Shown: piece by piece, positions 11,866-23,737 of the stretch
How the letters are laid out: every line of letters begins with the position of its first letter
How positions within the stretch are numbered: the first letter of the stretch is position 1
DNA from: a cyanobacterium endosymbiont of Rhopalodia gibba
GTDB lineage: Bacteria > Cyanobacteriota > Cyanobacteriia > Cyanobacteriales > Microcystaceae
Reading direction: 5' to 3'
DNA: 64,000 nucleotides
NCBI GenBank assembly: GCA_045159875.1
Contig: CP067995.1
Location: forward strand, 2,592,001-2,656,000
The notes under the pieces: generated by a model
Seen by the model: only the letters and a program-made list of their open reading frames with translations
What the model was told of the DNA's origin: nothing
Database searches by the model: none
Position numbers and translations under genes: made by a program

Positions 11866-12462
11866 ATGATAAGTCAAGTACAAACTATTTCAGGATCAGG
11901 GGTTCCCGTTGTGGGGGATGATATCGATACTGATCGTATTATTCCAGCACGATTTTTGCGTTGTGTCACTTTCGAAGGTTTAGGGGAGCAAATTTTTGCC
12001 GATGATCGTGCTCAACTTAGAGGAGAACATTTCTTTGATTTGCCCCAATATCAAGACGCTAAAATTCTTGTTGTAAACGCTAACTTTGGCTGTGGCTCAT
12101 CAAGAGAACATGCCCCGCAAGCAATCATTCGATGGGGAATTAAAGCCATTATTGGAGAAAGTTTCGCTGAGATCTTTTATGGCAATTGTATCGCCAATGG
12201 AATTCCTTGTGTGACAGCTAAACCAGAAGATATTAAGCAGTTACAAACCTTGATTCAAACCCATCCGCAACAAGAAATTACCCTTGATTTAACTAAAATG
12301 AAACTCAGCGCAGGAACGTGGATAACTCTAATCGAAATGGAAGAGGGTTCTCGGCAAATGCTTTTAGAAGGAACTTGGGACAGTTGTGGACAACTCGTCC
12401 AAAATATCGATAAGGTTCATAAAATCGCTAGCCAATTGCCTTATTTGTCCTGGAATTCTTAA
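11866..12462 (+). CDS. leuD: 3-isopropylmalate dehydratase small subunit
   Basis: DIDTDRIIPARFL, NFGCGSSREHA, ESFAEIF. Confidence 0.97.
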   Translation: MISQVQTISGSGVPVVGDDIDTDRIIPARFLRCVTFEGLGEQIFADDRAQLRGEHFFDLPQYQDAKILVVNANFGCGSSREHAPQAIIRWGIKAIIGESFAEIFYGNCIANGIPCVTAKPEDIKQLQTLIQTHPQQEITLDLTKMKLSAGTWITLIEMEEGSRQMLLEGTWDSCGQLVQNIDKVHKIASQLPYLSWNS

Positions 12463-12522
12463 GTTGTTCCTAGTGAATAAATATCAATAAATCCTCTAAA
12501 TTTTTCTAGCTTACTTGATTAA

Positions 12523-12990
12523 ATGAACACTCAGGAGTTTATCTGGTGGTAATAATTAGGACAGACAAAATTTTGATCGGTAAAATATGCACCGGGCAGA
12601 TGTTATTTATTTTTCTCTGAATAGAAGTTAATTTAGACTCTACTGTCTTAGATTACTTGGATGGGTTTAATCCATACACAGCTGAGTGGTGCCATATTGA
12701 TAGCAGCCAACTGAACTAAGATAGATCTCAGCTATGCTGAGTCTAGGTTGCTTCAATTTCGCAAATAAAATCATTGTCAATGCAAGTTTAATCCATGCCA
12801 ACTTCAAGTAAACTAACTTTAGGAATGATGATTGAAGAATTGCTAAGCTTAGTTAGGCAAAGTTGAAAGAGGTAGAACTCAGTCGTACCGATCTCGTAGA
12901 AGTAAATTTTAGCTGATGCTAACATAATTGATACTTCACCGAGAGAGGGGGGTTGGCACGGCACAAACAAACCTTCGTGATTAGAATCTT
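12523..12990 (+). pseudogene. Pentapeptide-repeat protein pseudogene
   Basis: Starts 'MNTQEFIWW**LGQTKF' (cf. xxELLxRYxxGERxF). Fragments 'ASLIHANFK*TNF' and 'AKLS*AKLKEVELSRTDLVEVN/LADAN' show A(N/D)Lxx periodicity with stops and frameshifts. Confidence 0.75.
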
Positions 12991-13063
12991 AACCACATTA
13001 GTTTTTCTGAAGCAATCATCCTTAACGGTAGTACTTGTCTAGACAAAAAAACAAAAATCAGTC

Positions 13064-13999
13064 ATGAATACCGAAAAGTGGACTGAGACCATTAAACAAA
13101 AAATTCTAGAGCTAGGTTTCCATAAAGTCGGAATTGCTAATGTCGATAGCCAATTTAATGATACTGCAACCACTCACCTAAAACGTTGGTTAGCATTGGG
13201 GTATCATGCCGATATGGCTTGGATGTTCAACCCGAAACGGCTCAACATTCGGGACTATATGCCTCAGGTAAAATCAGTTATCTGTGTCGCCCTTAATTAT
13301 TACACGCCTCATCAACGTCCCGAAGGGAAAGAATACGGCAAAATCTCCCGTTATGGGTGGGGGCGAGATTATCATAATATTATGAACAAAAAGCTAAAAG
13401 CCTTCAGTCAGTACCTAGAAGCGCAAGAGAGTTCAATTAAAACTCGCTATTATGCTGACACAGGGGCAATACAAGATAAAGTTTGGGCGCAACGGGCTGG
13501 AATTGGCTGGATTTCTAAAAATAGCAATCTAATCACCCGCGAGTATGGAAGTTGGGTGTTTTTAGGGGAAGTGTTAACTAATTTAACCTTAATTCCTGAT
13601 ACTCCTCACACTCAACACTGCGGGACATGCACTCGCTGTCTAAAAGCCTGTCCGACAGGGGCCATTGTTCAACCTTTTGTAGTAGATGCCAATCGCTGTA
13701 TCGCCTATCATACCATTGAAAACAGTCAAGCAACCTTACCAGAAGCGATCACCTATAACCTGAAGGGATGGGTCGCGGGATGTGATATCTGTCAAGATGT
13801 TTGTCCTTGGAATCAACGCTTTGCGCAAGAAACGAATATTATTGATTTTGAACCATATCCTCAAAATATTGCTCCAAAACTAACAGAACTAGCCAACATT
13901 TCCCTCAAAGCTTGGGATAATCATTTTAGAGCTTCAGCATTACGAAGGCTCAAATGGGAGAGATTGCGACGTAATGCTCGTGCTAGTCTAGGTAAATGA
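13064..13999 (+). CDS. queG: tRNA epoxyqueuosine reductase (cobalamin/Fe-S dependent)
   Basis: ISRYGWGRDYH, CGTCTRCLKACPT, GCDICQDVCPWN. Confidence 0.96.
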   Translation: MNTEKWTETIKQKILELGFHKVGIANVDSQFNDTATTHLKRWLALGYHADMAWMFNPKRLNIRDYMPQVKSVICVALNYYTPHQRPEGKEYGKISRYGWGRDYHNIMNKKLKAFSQYLEAQESSIKTRYYADTGAIQDKVWAQRAGIGWISKNSNLITREYGSWVFLGEVLTNLTLIPDTPHTQHCGTCTRCLKACPTGAIVQPFVVDANRCIAYHTIENSQATLPEAITYNLKGWVAGCDICQDVCPWNQRFAQETNIIDFEPYPQNIAPKLTELANISLKAWDNHFRASALRRLKWERLRRNARASLGK

Positions 14000-14039
14000 G
14001 AAATCAAACATGCTCCTACTCCAGACGCTACCATCCATA

Positions 14040-14240
14040 ATACTCAAAATCAATAAGAACGATTTTATGCGGGACCTAGCGGATAATTATCACATTTTTG
14101 TTTAGATTTCCAAAAGTTTACCGGGAGAATTTAGCTACAAATCAGTTAACCGTCAAAAACGAGAACAACTCAAAAATTTAAGGACTAAAGATTCTATTAA
14201 AAGGTCAGAGATTCTTTTATTTTTCTATAAAAACATAGAA
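14040..14240 (+). pseudogene. HAD-family hydrolase N-terminal remnant
   Basis: From 14061: DFMRDLADNYHIFV*ISKSLPGEFSYKSVNRQKREQLKNLRTKDSIKRSEI, resembling 'DFDGTIADT..AFV.I.NRLAGEFGYKPVN.EE.EQLKNL'. Rest unrecognisable. Confidence 0.7.
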
Positions 14241-15000
14241 CACAATCAAGCAGTTAATACTAATTAATAACATTATTCATGGTTTTTTAAAAAAAAAAGG
14301 CTATTTTACCGTAATTGTCACGTTCAAATATTTAGATTATATAAGGTTGAGTCAAACTTATTCCCATACATTTGAGATTTAATTATTTAAAAATTTCAGA
14401 TATGTATCAACTCAGTTACATCAATTAACCAATCTCATGAATTAATTGATGTAGTTGAACAATGTATTCGGAATTAACAGTAAGTGTTTGAGTTATGTTA
14501 GGGCTACCTACTTAGGTTGTTCTAGGTAAACGTTGTTATATCGAACTTATGATTTAAAATTAATTAGCAAAATGCCAGATTCAGAAACTTCGGAGTTAAA
14601 AATTGACTAGATTCCTAAATCTATAAGCTTTCCTTTTAATTAACTACAATTTCTTGTGAGAATCTTCTATTATTCCTTGAGTTAATTGTTTGTAAAAATA
14701 GGCAGTAATTTCTTTATCTTAAAGCATAATTATCCACATTTTTTACCAGAATGAATACAACAATGATACTAAATTAAGCAGCTAGTTTTAATAGTCCTGA
14801 TACCAAGTACTATTTCTCTATAATAACTATTTTGTATTTCTCTTTTGATTAAGATTTTCTTAGAGATCGGTGAAGTTTTATACATCTAAATATAATTTAT
14901 GCATATAGATTATATATAAAATATTCTTATTTAATTAATTTTGACAAAAACTAGTTTCACCACTTATAGAAGTTTTTTATTGTCTTTTTAAATTATGATA

Positions 15001-15420
15001 TATAAATAATAGCTAACCAGAGATTTGTGTCGTTTATCTAGATAAACGACACAAATCTCTTCTACAGCGTCGCGGAGTATTCTATATACTTATCAATCTA
15101 AGTGTGTTCTATCGAGAATTATTATGTGGACCGTAAGGAAACCTATTGTAATAAATTACAATTTCTTCTGCCCTACACCTGATTACTGACAATCTAATAG
15201 CACCAGCTCTACTTTTTAATATTTGAAAAACTTTTTAAGCTTTACTTAACTTAAATAAAGTCTTTTCATGCTTTAACTTAAAAAATATCCTTAAACGAGG
15301 AGATGATATTAGTTAATCAGAGTTCTTACAGCTGGCTATGCCAACATACTTTGGGATATGTTTGTGGAAATAACTTTTAAACGGAAAACATGTACTAACA
15401 TAGCATTGCTTAATTTATAC
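15001..15420 (-). repeat. Decayed dispersed repeat/paralog, copy A (homologous to 28030-28460)
   Basis: Reverse complement aligns collinearly with 28030-28460, e.g. 'aaagtatgttggcatagccagctgtaagaactctgattaactaat' vs 'aaagtatgtcaacacagttagctataaaaactataattgactaat'. Peptides LRDAVEEICVVYLDK vs LREAVEEACLQYLDK. Confidence 0.85.
15019..15060. repeat. Perfect 42-bp palindrome
   Basis: agagatttgtgtcgtttatct|agataaacgacacaaatctct, no loop, no mismatch. Confidence 0.98.
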
Positions 15421-15802
15421 CAAAATTATTACGAAGTTTATCAAAACTATTAAAGTTTAAATAATAGGACTCTTTTAAGAAAATAACAATAGTAAAAAAT
15501 AAGTTTAATCAGAGATATAAAAAGGGTGAGCATCAAGCATAATTCTGTTTATCATAGTTGAAGTTGTTAAGGTAAGAAATATCTACCAATAATTTTAACA
15601 AAGTTAAGTTTAATTTAAATTAAATAGCTTAAAAGTTATTAAAATTCTCTTTTTTTAGTCAAAATAAAGTATATGATCTTATTTACTGGATATAATTTTA
15701 TTTAAGCAACTACTTCCTAAAGACAATAACTTTAAGACAATCAAAAAAAAGCTTGAAGCAATACTATAATCAAGTCTTATTCAATAAATACTGGAGAACT
15801 TT

Positions 15803-17342
15803 ATGAAACTCGCTTACTGGATGTATGCTGTCCCTGCACACATTAGAACTCTAAGAATTGCTAGTTTCTTCAAAAACGTCAATGCAATCATGCACGCCCC
15901 CTAGGCGATGATTACTTTAAGGTAATGCGTTATATGTTGGAAAGCAAGAGGGACTTGACCCCTGTTACCGCTAGCATTGTAGCTCGTAATGTCTTGGCAC
16001 AAGGTTCCCAAGAAAAGGTAATTGATAATATCCTTCGGAAAGATCAGGAAGAAAACCCAGATTTGATTATGCTAACGCCGACTTGTACCTCTAATATCTT
16101 ACAAGAAGATTTAGCGAATTTTGTAGAGCGTGCCCAAATAGATACGAAAGGAGATGTGAGGTCAGCTGATGTTAATCATTATCCTTATAATGAACGGCAA
16201 GCAGTAGACAGAACCTTGCTTGCATTAAGTCATTAAATTTTATCTAGAAAAAGTTTCAAAAAAAGGTGAATTACCTTAGAAAAAACCTGAGAAGCCTTCT
16301 GTTAATATTATGGGAATATCTCCACTAGGTTTCCATAACAAACATGACTGTACTGAGCTAAAACGATTAATGAAAGATTTAGGAATTGAAATTAATGGAG
16401 TAATTCCCGAAGATGTATCAGTTCACGACCTAAAAAACCTACCAAAAGCGTGGTTTAATTTAGTTCCTTATCCAGAATTCGAATTGATAGCAGCTCAATA
16501 TTTACAAGAAAAATTTGGAACTTACTATGTAGATATTCCCCCAACGGGAATGGTATAAACAGCACGGTGTATCCGGACAATTCAATAGGTAATTAATCAA
16601 CAAGGTGCTAATGTTGATTATAAAGACAATATCAGAGAACAAACTCTTCATATTTCCCAGTCCGCTTGGTTTTCTCGTTCTATTGATTGTCAGGATTTAA
16701 CGGGGAAAAAAGCAGTAGTATTTAGGGACAATACTCATGCAGCAGCAATAACTAAAATCCTCACATGGGAGATGGGAATTAATATGATTTCAGCAGGGAC
16801 CTATTGTAAATAGGACGGAAAATGGTTCACAGAACAAGTGAGTGAATATTGCGAGCAGGTTTTAATTAGTGATGATAATGCAGAAGTTAGTGATGCAACC
16901 GCTCGTCTGAAACCTTCTGCTATTTTTGGAACACAAATGGAACGTCATATTAGGAAGCGCTTAGATATTCCTTATGGAGTAATTGCCTCGCCTATTCATA
17001 TTCAGAATTGATTTTACCATTGGTTACAAACTTTTCTGCGGTTATGAAGGGACAAATAAAATCATAGATCTAATTTATAATTCTTTTACTTCGGGAATGA
17101 AAGCGCATCTCTTAGAGATCTTTAGGGGACATGATACTAAAGAAGTTATTACGAAAGGAATTTCTACTAATTCCGATTTGAATTGGAATCAAGCAGCACA
17201 AGCAAAATTAAATCAAATTCCTAGTTTTGTACGAGATAAAGTAAAATGTAATACTGAACAGTTTGCTAGGGAACATAAATTTTCTACAATTACTCTTGAG
17301 CTTGAGGTGATGTACTCTTCTAAAGAGTCGGTAGAAGTTTGA
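15803..17342 (+). pseudogene. chlB: Light-independent protochlorophyllide reductase subunit B pseudogene
   Basis: Starts [21 protein letters not shown], frameshifts near 15900, then [48 protein letters not shown] and a PCP_red-like tail '[17 protein letters not shown]'. Multiple stops and frameshifts. Confidence 0.96.
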
Positions 17343-17429
17343 TTAATATAAGGTTTGCATTATACATCTCATCTCTACATATAAAGTTAGATTAAGGTGT
17401 TATTTTTAACCAAAATACTTTTTTATATA

Positions 17430-17596
17430 AATAGTTGAGAATTTAAGCCAATTATCAGCAGGTATCATAATTTTATGTGAAAGACTGGGTTAATGCCACT
17501 CTTCTTATCCTACTTCATCCTAATTTAGGTCTACCTAAAAGATCTTTGAAAAGCATCCTGAAAGATGCTCAACTAACTGAAGAAGATTTGGGTTAG
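17430..17596 (+). pseudogene. hicA: HicA-family toxin remnant
   Basis: C-terminus LILLHPNLGLPKRSLKSILKDAQLTEEDLG* resembles HicA 'IPVHGNRDLPxGTLKSILKDAGLTEEDL'. The GSH motif and the start are eroded; no hicB seen. Confidence 0.7.
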
Positions 17597-17913
17597 TCAC
17601 AATACACTGTTAACAGTCTAATTATTAGACAATACATCTGTGTACTATGTTTAAAATCAACATTATTTCCTCATTAGTACTTTTTTAAAAAAACATTAAT
17701 TTTTAAATTATCAAAAAGTATTTTTAATACTTAAGAGAAAAATTAAAGTAAACATAATTGTAGTATTCATTACCTTTTTTAAGGTAAATTAATAGTGAGT
17801 TGCCGGTCTTATTCCTAAAGTATCTTCATGATTTGCCACTTAACTTAAGTTATCAAACAAACTAAGCTAGTTGTTTCATAACCCATTAATTAAATTTTTC
17901 TTCTTCTAAGACT

Positions 17914-17952
17914 TCATTGTCTAATTAGAAATATTTTCTAATTAGACAATGA
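17914..17952. repeat. Perfect inverted repeat, 18-bp arms, 3-nt loop
   Basis: tcattgtctaattagaaa-tat-tttctaattagacaatga. Confidence 0.95.
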
Positions 17953-18287
17953 TTATTAAAGCTTCATTTATTTGATAGCAAAACTATTAAACATAAATTA
18001 TGTTTTTTATATTTAATATCCCAAATTTTTTTAAGGTAAATAATTACGGACACTTTCGTAAGTTTTTACTTTAAAAGCAGTCTCCAGTACCCTAAGTAAA
18101 AATAACTGTTAATTACTTTAATATCTGATTTATACTGCCTATATATTATAGCAATTATTTTTTTTAAAAAATGAAATCTTGAGATTTCTATTATGATGTT
18201 CTTGTTTATATAAACAGTTAGCATGGCAGTGTCTTGACGAGGACAGGACTTTTTCAGTCGATTCACTCTACGGTAAATTTGTTACCC

Positions 18288-18331
18288 ACTTTCAACCTTT
18301 TATTAAAAAATCTTAATAAAAGGTTGAAAGT
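18288..18331. repeat. Perfect inverted repeat, 19-bp arms, 6-nt loop
   Basis: actttcaaccttttattaa-aaaatc-ttaataaaaggttgaaagt. Confidence 0.95.
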
Positions 18332-18618
18332 TTCGTAAATTGAATGCTATCCATCAAACTCTGAGTTACGTACAAATAAACTTTTATCCTTAGGAAGATC
18401 TGGTTTTTTTTAAAAAAAAATAATTAAGTTTTGATTGGCTAATATCTTAATTATTTTTATATATTTTTTTCGTTATCATGCTATAGCAAAGCTAATTCTG
18501 ATTTAGTTCTATCTAAAAATAAATTTAAAAATTTTTAATTCTCAATCTTGTTACTACTGTCGTTTACTAGAGTCACTATACATCAATCAATGGCTTAAAA
18601 TGATTATTATTTTCTAGA

Positions 18619-20094
18619 TTATCCATCTAAATTACCTTCCATGACCGCAACAACAGCAGAATTTGTATCGTCTTTAAATTCTTTCATGCTAATATGTTTT
18701 AACAAAAAAATTACCCAAACTATCCCTATTCCTTGCGCAACAAACACTAATCCGTAAGCCAAAAAAGAATTAGAATAAAATACCTTTCCTAAGTTTAAAA
18801 CTGCTCCTCCTAAAATGGTGGCAAAACCCCTCGCCATTGACTGGGCTAACCCCCAAGCTCCCATAAATGTTCCGGCAGTTTCTGCTGTGGTTAGCTCTAA
18901 CATTCAACCTGTTGCTCCTGCAATTAAAACTCCTGATGCTAGTCCAAAAAAGAGTACCCCAGACTTCAATAAACTTTGACTTTCTATCCCACCAGCTAAA
19001 ATAATTAACCCAAAACAAAATATTGATAAAAAACAGCTTAATTTTGTGGTTTGTTGCTTTCCTAAACGAGGAACGACTAAAAAACCGATTGAACTGATAC
19101 CCAATAGGGTTCCTATGCCATAAAATGCATTTAATTGGGTAGTTTCAGAAATACACATTCCGAATACCTCACCCCCATAAGGTTCAAGTACCGTATCCTG
19201 CATAAATAAACTGAGGGTAAACGTCAATAAAAAACTAAAAAACAACCAAGTTTGACGATTAATAGTCAAAATTCTCATTGCTCTTCCTAAGGTAATTTGA
19301 CCTTCCCGTTCAACTGTCATTGCTCGCAAACTAAACCGAGAATATCGTTTTTCTATTCCCCAAGTCGCTACAAAGCACAACCCTAATACCGCTGCAGGCA
19401 TAATAATAAATACGGGGGTAACAGTTGCTTGTAGGGCGGAAATATCAACTATTTGAGCGGTTGCCGTTGAATTGTGAGATAGAATGGCGTTTCCACAAAT
19501 ATTGGGGCTATTAAGCAATTTTGAGCTAATAATTGCTCCAACGATAATACCCACTATCAACATTGACCAAACAATACTGATTAGTTGGGAACGGTTATCC
19601 TCATCAGAAATATCCACCAACATTGCTGCAAAGGGAGTACTACTAAAACTTAAAGCTAAGCCATAGAGAGCAAAAATAACTCCCAACAGGACGGACCAAG
19701 TACAAGTCGTTACACTCCATTCCGTCTCTTTCAAGCTAAATCCTAACTGCCAAACTCCTTGTAAAGCAATAAAGGCTAAGGAAGTAAATAAAATTGCGCC
19801 GATCTAGACATAACTGGTGCGATTATAGCCCCAGATTTTTTTTGTATCGGACATTTGTCCAAACCCAACTTTAGCCGGACTAACAAACTGATACATGGCG
19901 ATTGCCGTCCCTGCTATCCACGGCAATACAGTCAATTCATCCATTATGATTCGGTTAAGAATTCCTAAAGTTAACAAAGACATAATACCTAACCCCATCT
20001 GGAATAATCCTAGACGAAACATGGTAAAGAGGTTCAGTCTAGGGAAGGATTTGTGGGGTATTGGTTGAGGAATTGTAAGACGGTTGCTAGCCAT
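18619..20094 (-). pseudogene. pucC: BCD/PucC-family chlorophyll-related MFS transporter with two in-frame stops
   Basis: 'TMFRLGLFQMGLGIMSLLTLGILNRI', 'FMQDTVLEPYGGEVF', 'AETAGTFMGAWGLAQSMARG'. The three ORF-track fragments share one frame, broken only by TAG 19804-19806 and TGA 18904-18906. Confidence 0.92.
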
Positions 20095-20484
20095 GTTAGT
20101 TATTTTTGACAGATGTAAAATATGTCTATGACTGGATAAACCCTTTTGATTCTATCAAAAACTTTTGTAAAAACGAAGTTAAGTTATAAGAAAATTGAAG
20201 GAAAGAAAAAAAAGCAGTATTAAAGCAGTATTTAGTAAAACTTGGTATTGTAAATATACAATTTAATTCCGATTTTACTGGGGTATTTCGTACTCTAAAT
20301 CTCTCTTAGCAGAAGATTAGAATAGCCTTATTATTCTGTTTGCTAATTGACAGTATTTATTAAAGATAAAAGATGCTGTTTCTTTTCGAAAAAGGTAAAT
20401 TTTTAACAATTGCAATTGCTTTTTATGTTTTAACTTTTTGAGAGATGAGAAAAGTTTATTCATCATTAGGGTTTTACCCATTAC

Positions 20485-20532
20485 TAAAAAGTATTTTTTA
20501 GTCTAGTTAACTAGATTAAAAAATACTTTTTA
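20485..20532. repeat. 48-bp palindrome with one mismatch
   Basis: taaaaagtattttttagtctagtt|aactagattaaaaaatacttttta. Confidence 0.9.
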
Positions 20533-20907
20533 TAGAGTTTATGTCTCTGAACAAGATGTTAGTCTAATAGATTAAATTACGATAAAAATTTTACACTAGT
20601 CTCATAGTAAAGCATTATAGAGTTTTTAAAAGCTTAGTTAAATGTGTATAAAATTTGGTAAGATAGCATTACAAATTTAAGCTGTATTTAAGTATGAAAA
20701 TTGTGGTAAGTTATTAGCTTCTAGGTTAACTCCAGACGATACATACAGATAATCATATATTTATGAGTGGACATAATATTTAATTAACAAATAATTTATA
20801 CCTTAAGGATATATTTTTCAAATTTTTTTAAAAAAAAAATTGAATCAGTAAAAACTTAAATTAGCTATTTTCACCAACAGAATATGAGACAAGAATCAAT
20901 CAACCTG

Positions 20908-20958
20908 ATTATTTATTTAATAATTATTTTTCTGAAAAATAATTATTAAATAAATAAT
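20908..20958. repeat. Perfect inverted repeat, 25-bp arms, 1-nt loop
   Basis: attatttatttaataattatttttc-t-gaaaaataattattaaataaataat. Confidence 0.93.
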
Positions 20959-22984
20959 ATTTCTATATATAAACTTTCATTCAATAATATTTTTTTATGC
21001 ATAAATTAACTTCTAGACTAGAAATTAATAAGAAGGATAAATATTATATTTTTTCTTTATATAGTTTTATTTTTGCTTTAGCTAAATCATTTACATACAA
21101 AAAAATATCATCGATAATAATGACTGCATCTATTTTTTTAGAAGAAATTACCTTTTTTTCTCTTTTAAACTACCTATAAATATATTATAGTCGTATTTAA
21201 TTTATATTTTTTATATATATTTAGTCCCTATCTTTTTAATATAGATTACATCAAACTAATGATGTAAAATTAATTAGTGAAATGCCAAGTCAAGAGATTT
21301 TGGAGATAGAGATTGATAATTTCTCTGAGTTTGTAACTTTTTAAAATTTTAATTAATAATTAATGATTAATAATTACTATTATTTTTCAAGCATAAAGTT
21401 TTTTTATAAAAAAAATTGTGGTTAAAATAAATCAACTTTTTTACACTAATTAGGCAACTATAATAGTTCTAGTCCCCATTCTAAATCGTTGCAAAAAATA
21501 GTTTTAAATTACTCTTGTATTTAATAAGTAAATTCTTTTGATGACTAGTGACGTTTTATCTACCTACTTTAATTTAGCTTTTCATTTTCTGCTTAAATCT
21601 TATTTTTTAATTTAAAAAATATTTATTGTTATTTAATAACAATAGTTAAAACAAATTAATATTTTAAATTTTTGGGGCTTGCTATTTAAGTTTTTTTAGT
21701 AATTCAATTAATAATCAACTTGTTTTATTACATAAAATATCTCTGCTACTACTTTAGTCTATGGCACTAATTTATTTAAAACATTCTGATATGGTTGTTC
21801 AAGATCTATACTGATCTCTTCAATCTTGATCGAAATCTTTTTTTTCTAAGCTTCTAGCTCTTTTACAAGCTCTTCATATATTTCGATTTCTATAATTCCT
21901 GCGCTCATTTCTTTATTTAAATTCTTAATCTAACTATTATGGGATCTCTTCAATAATTTTTTTATTTGTAAAATAGACTGACTTTTCTATGTTTTTTATA
22001 TGAATTACATTTTATTTAATGAAGATTAATCTTGAGATAGATAGCCTTTTCAAAAAAAATAAATTTTTAATAGTTAAAATTATTAAAACAAATCTTTGAT
22101 AAAGTTTTTTTATAGTTAAACAACTGTAAATATAAATCACTATTAAATCTATTGTTCCGAAAACCTAAACTAAGTTCAGTGTTTGATACTACAATAGGTA
22201 TAAATAAAGTAAAGGCATTGAGTTTAACACAATTTAATTCAAAGATGAAACCTGCAAAAGTATCAGCTATGTAATAATTACAGCTTTTAATAAAAACTAT
22301 GATTAACAATTCAACTTAGTTTTGATATTTTAATCTTTATCTAGTAAGTCGAGTAAAATCGTTTCTATTTAGCTTTTTTTAATGTAAAATAGCTGCAAAT
22401 GTAGGCTAAGAGTTCGGGACAGCTGTAATATTTAGTTAAATAACTTACTACACTTATATCAAAAGTCTTTAGTAGATTTTGATATTCCTGATTAAGGGTT
22501 AAAAATAACTATGATTTTAGTACATTGACTCTCATCTATAAGAATTTTACATAGACGGCTCTTTTTTGCTCAGAGAATTACACAATCTTTAGCAACTTAT
22601 TTAGAAAGTACATATTGATTTTGTCGTATAGTGTCATGTTTAACGTCTTAGGAATTGAGATTAATCATCGTTATTTTTAACTTTCTATTTGAGTAATAAT
22701 CCGACGTATATCTTAACTTCTAAAAGCTCGAGATAAGCTTACCTAAATAGTAACATTCTTGCGACATTATTCTATAAATTGCTCAGTTTCCATGTTTTTA
22801 CTATGTTAAGAGTTTGATGATGGCAAGAAAGCCTGCACAGATGCGACAGTCTAAGGAGGAGACAAAAATACTATATCTATACCCCTGGTTTTAAGGAGCA
22901 GGGAGAATTAGTTCGGAGATTTTAGATAGACTCGATTTATTTTGTCTATTGTACCTATTGAATAAATATATTTTGAGGAAATGT

Positions 22985-23584
22985 TCATGGCTGAGTTGAT
23001 GGATAAATAGGATGTTTATTCAATATGCCCAGTCGGTTAAACGGCCAAAAACGCACAAAGGCTTTACCAATAATTTTCTCTTTCGGCACATGTCCCCAGT
23101 AATGAGAATCGTAACTGTTATTACGATTATCTCCTAAAACTAGATATTGCCTTTCAGGAACTGTAACCGGACCGTAATCATAGTTAGGATCTTCGGAAAT
23201 GTATTTTTCTTTGATAGCTTGACCATCAACATAGACCTTTCCTGTTTTCACCTCAATGGTTTCTCCAGGTAACCCTATTACTCGTTTAATAAACGCATCG
23301 CGAAAATCTTTCTCCTGAAGAGCTTTTGTTGGGTTGAATACTACCACATCCCCCCGCTTGGGTTCTTGGAAATGATAGCTAACTTTTTCGATAATAAGGC
23401 GATCATTGACCTGTAGAGTCGGTTCCATAGAGGATGAAGGAATATAACGAGCTTCTGCCACAAATGCGCGAATGCCAAAGGCCAAAATAGCTGCTGTGGC
23501 TATAGTTTTAATGCCTTCAATCCAAGGGTTTTCTTGGGAAGACTGATTTGGATTGTTAGTCTCTTGTTTCAAGCTTCGAGCCAT
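22985..23584 (-). CDS. lepB: Signal peptidase I
   Basis: IPSSSMEPTL (catalytic Ser), FIKRVIGLPG (Lys), GDNRNNSYDSH. Confidence 0.96.
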   Translation of the reverse strand: MARSLKQETNNPNQSSQENPWIEGIKTIATAAILAFGIRAFVAEARYIPSSSMEPTLQVNDRLIIEKVSYHFQEPKRGDVVVFNPTKALQEKDFRDAFIKRVIGLPGETIEVKTGKVYVDGQAIKEKYISEDPNYDYGPVTVPERQYLVLGDNRNNSYDSHYWGHVPKEKIIGKAFVRFWPFNRLGILNKHPIYPSTQP

Positions 23585-23737
23585 AGGAGTTATTAATATA
23601 AAAACAAGGAATTACAAGACATAGGGATAAGAAACTTTTAAAGTAAAGGTTATTCGCTTTTTAGTTTGGCGATATTCAAAACAGTGGCAAGATTGAATTA
23701 TTCTCAGAATTTATTTAGGTCTACCAATACTCATACT

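Noticed and set aside
15001..15420. IS1 InsB or IS630 assignment for the dispersed repeat
   Set aside because: The IS1-like reading is not the frame conserved between copies. No DDE or LNPIE motif and no terminal inverted repeats were found.
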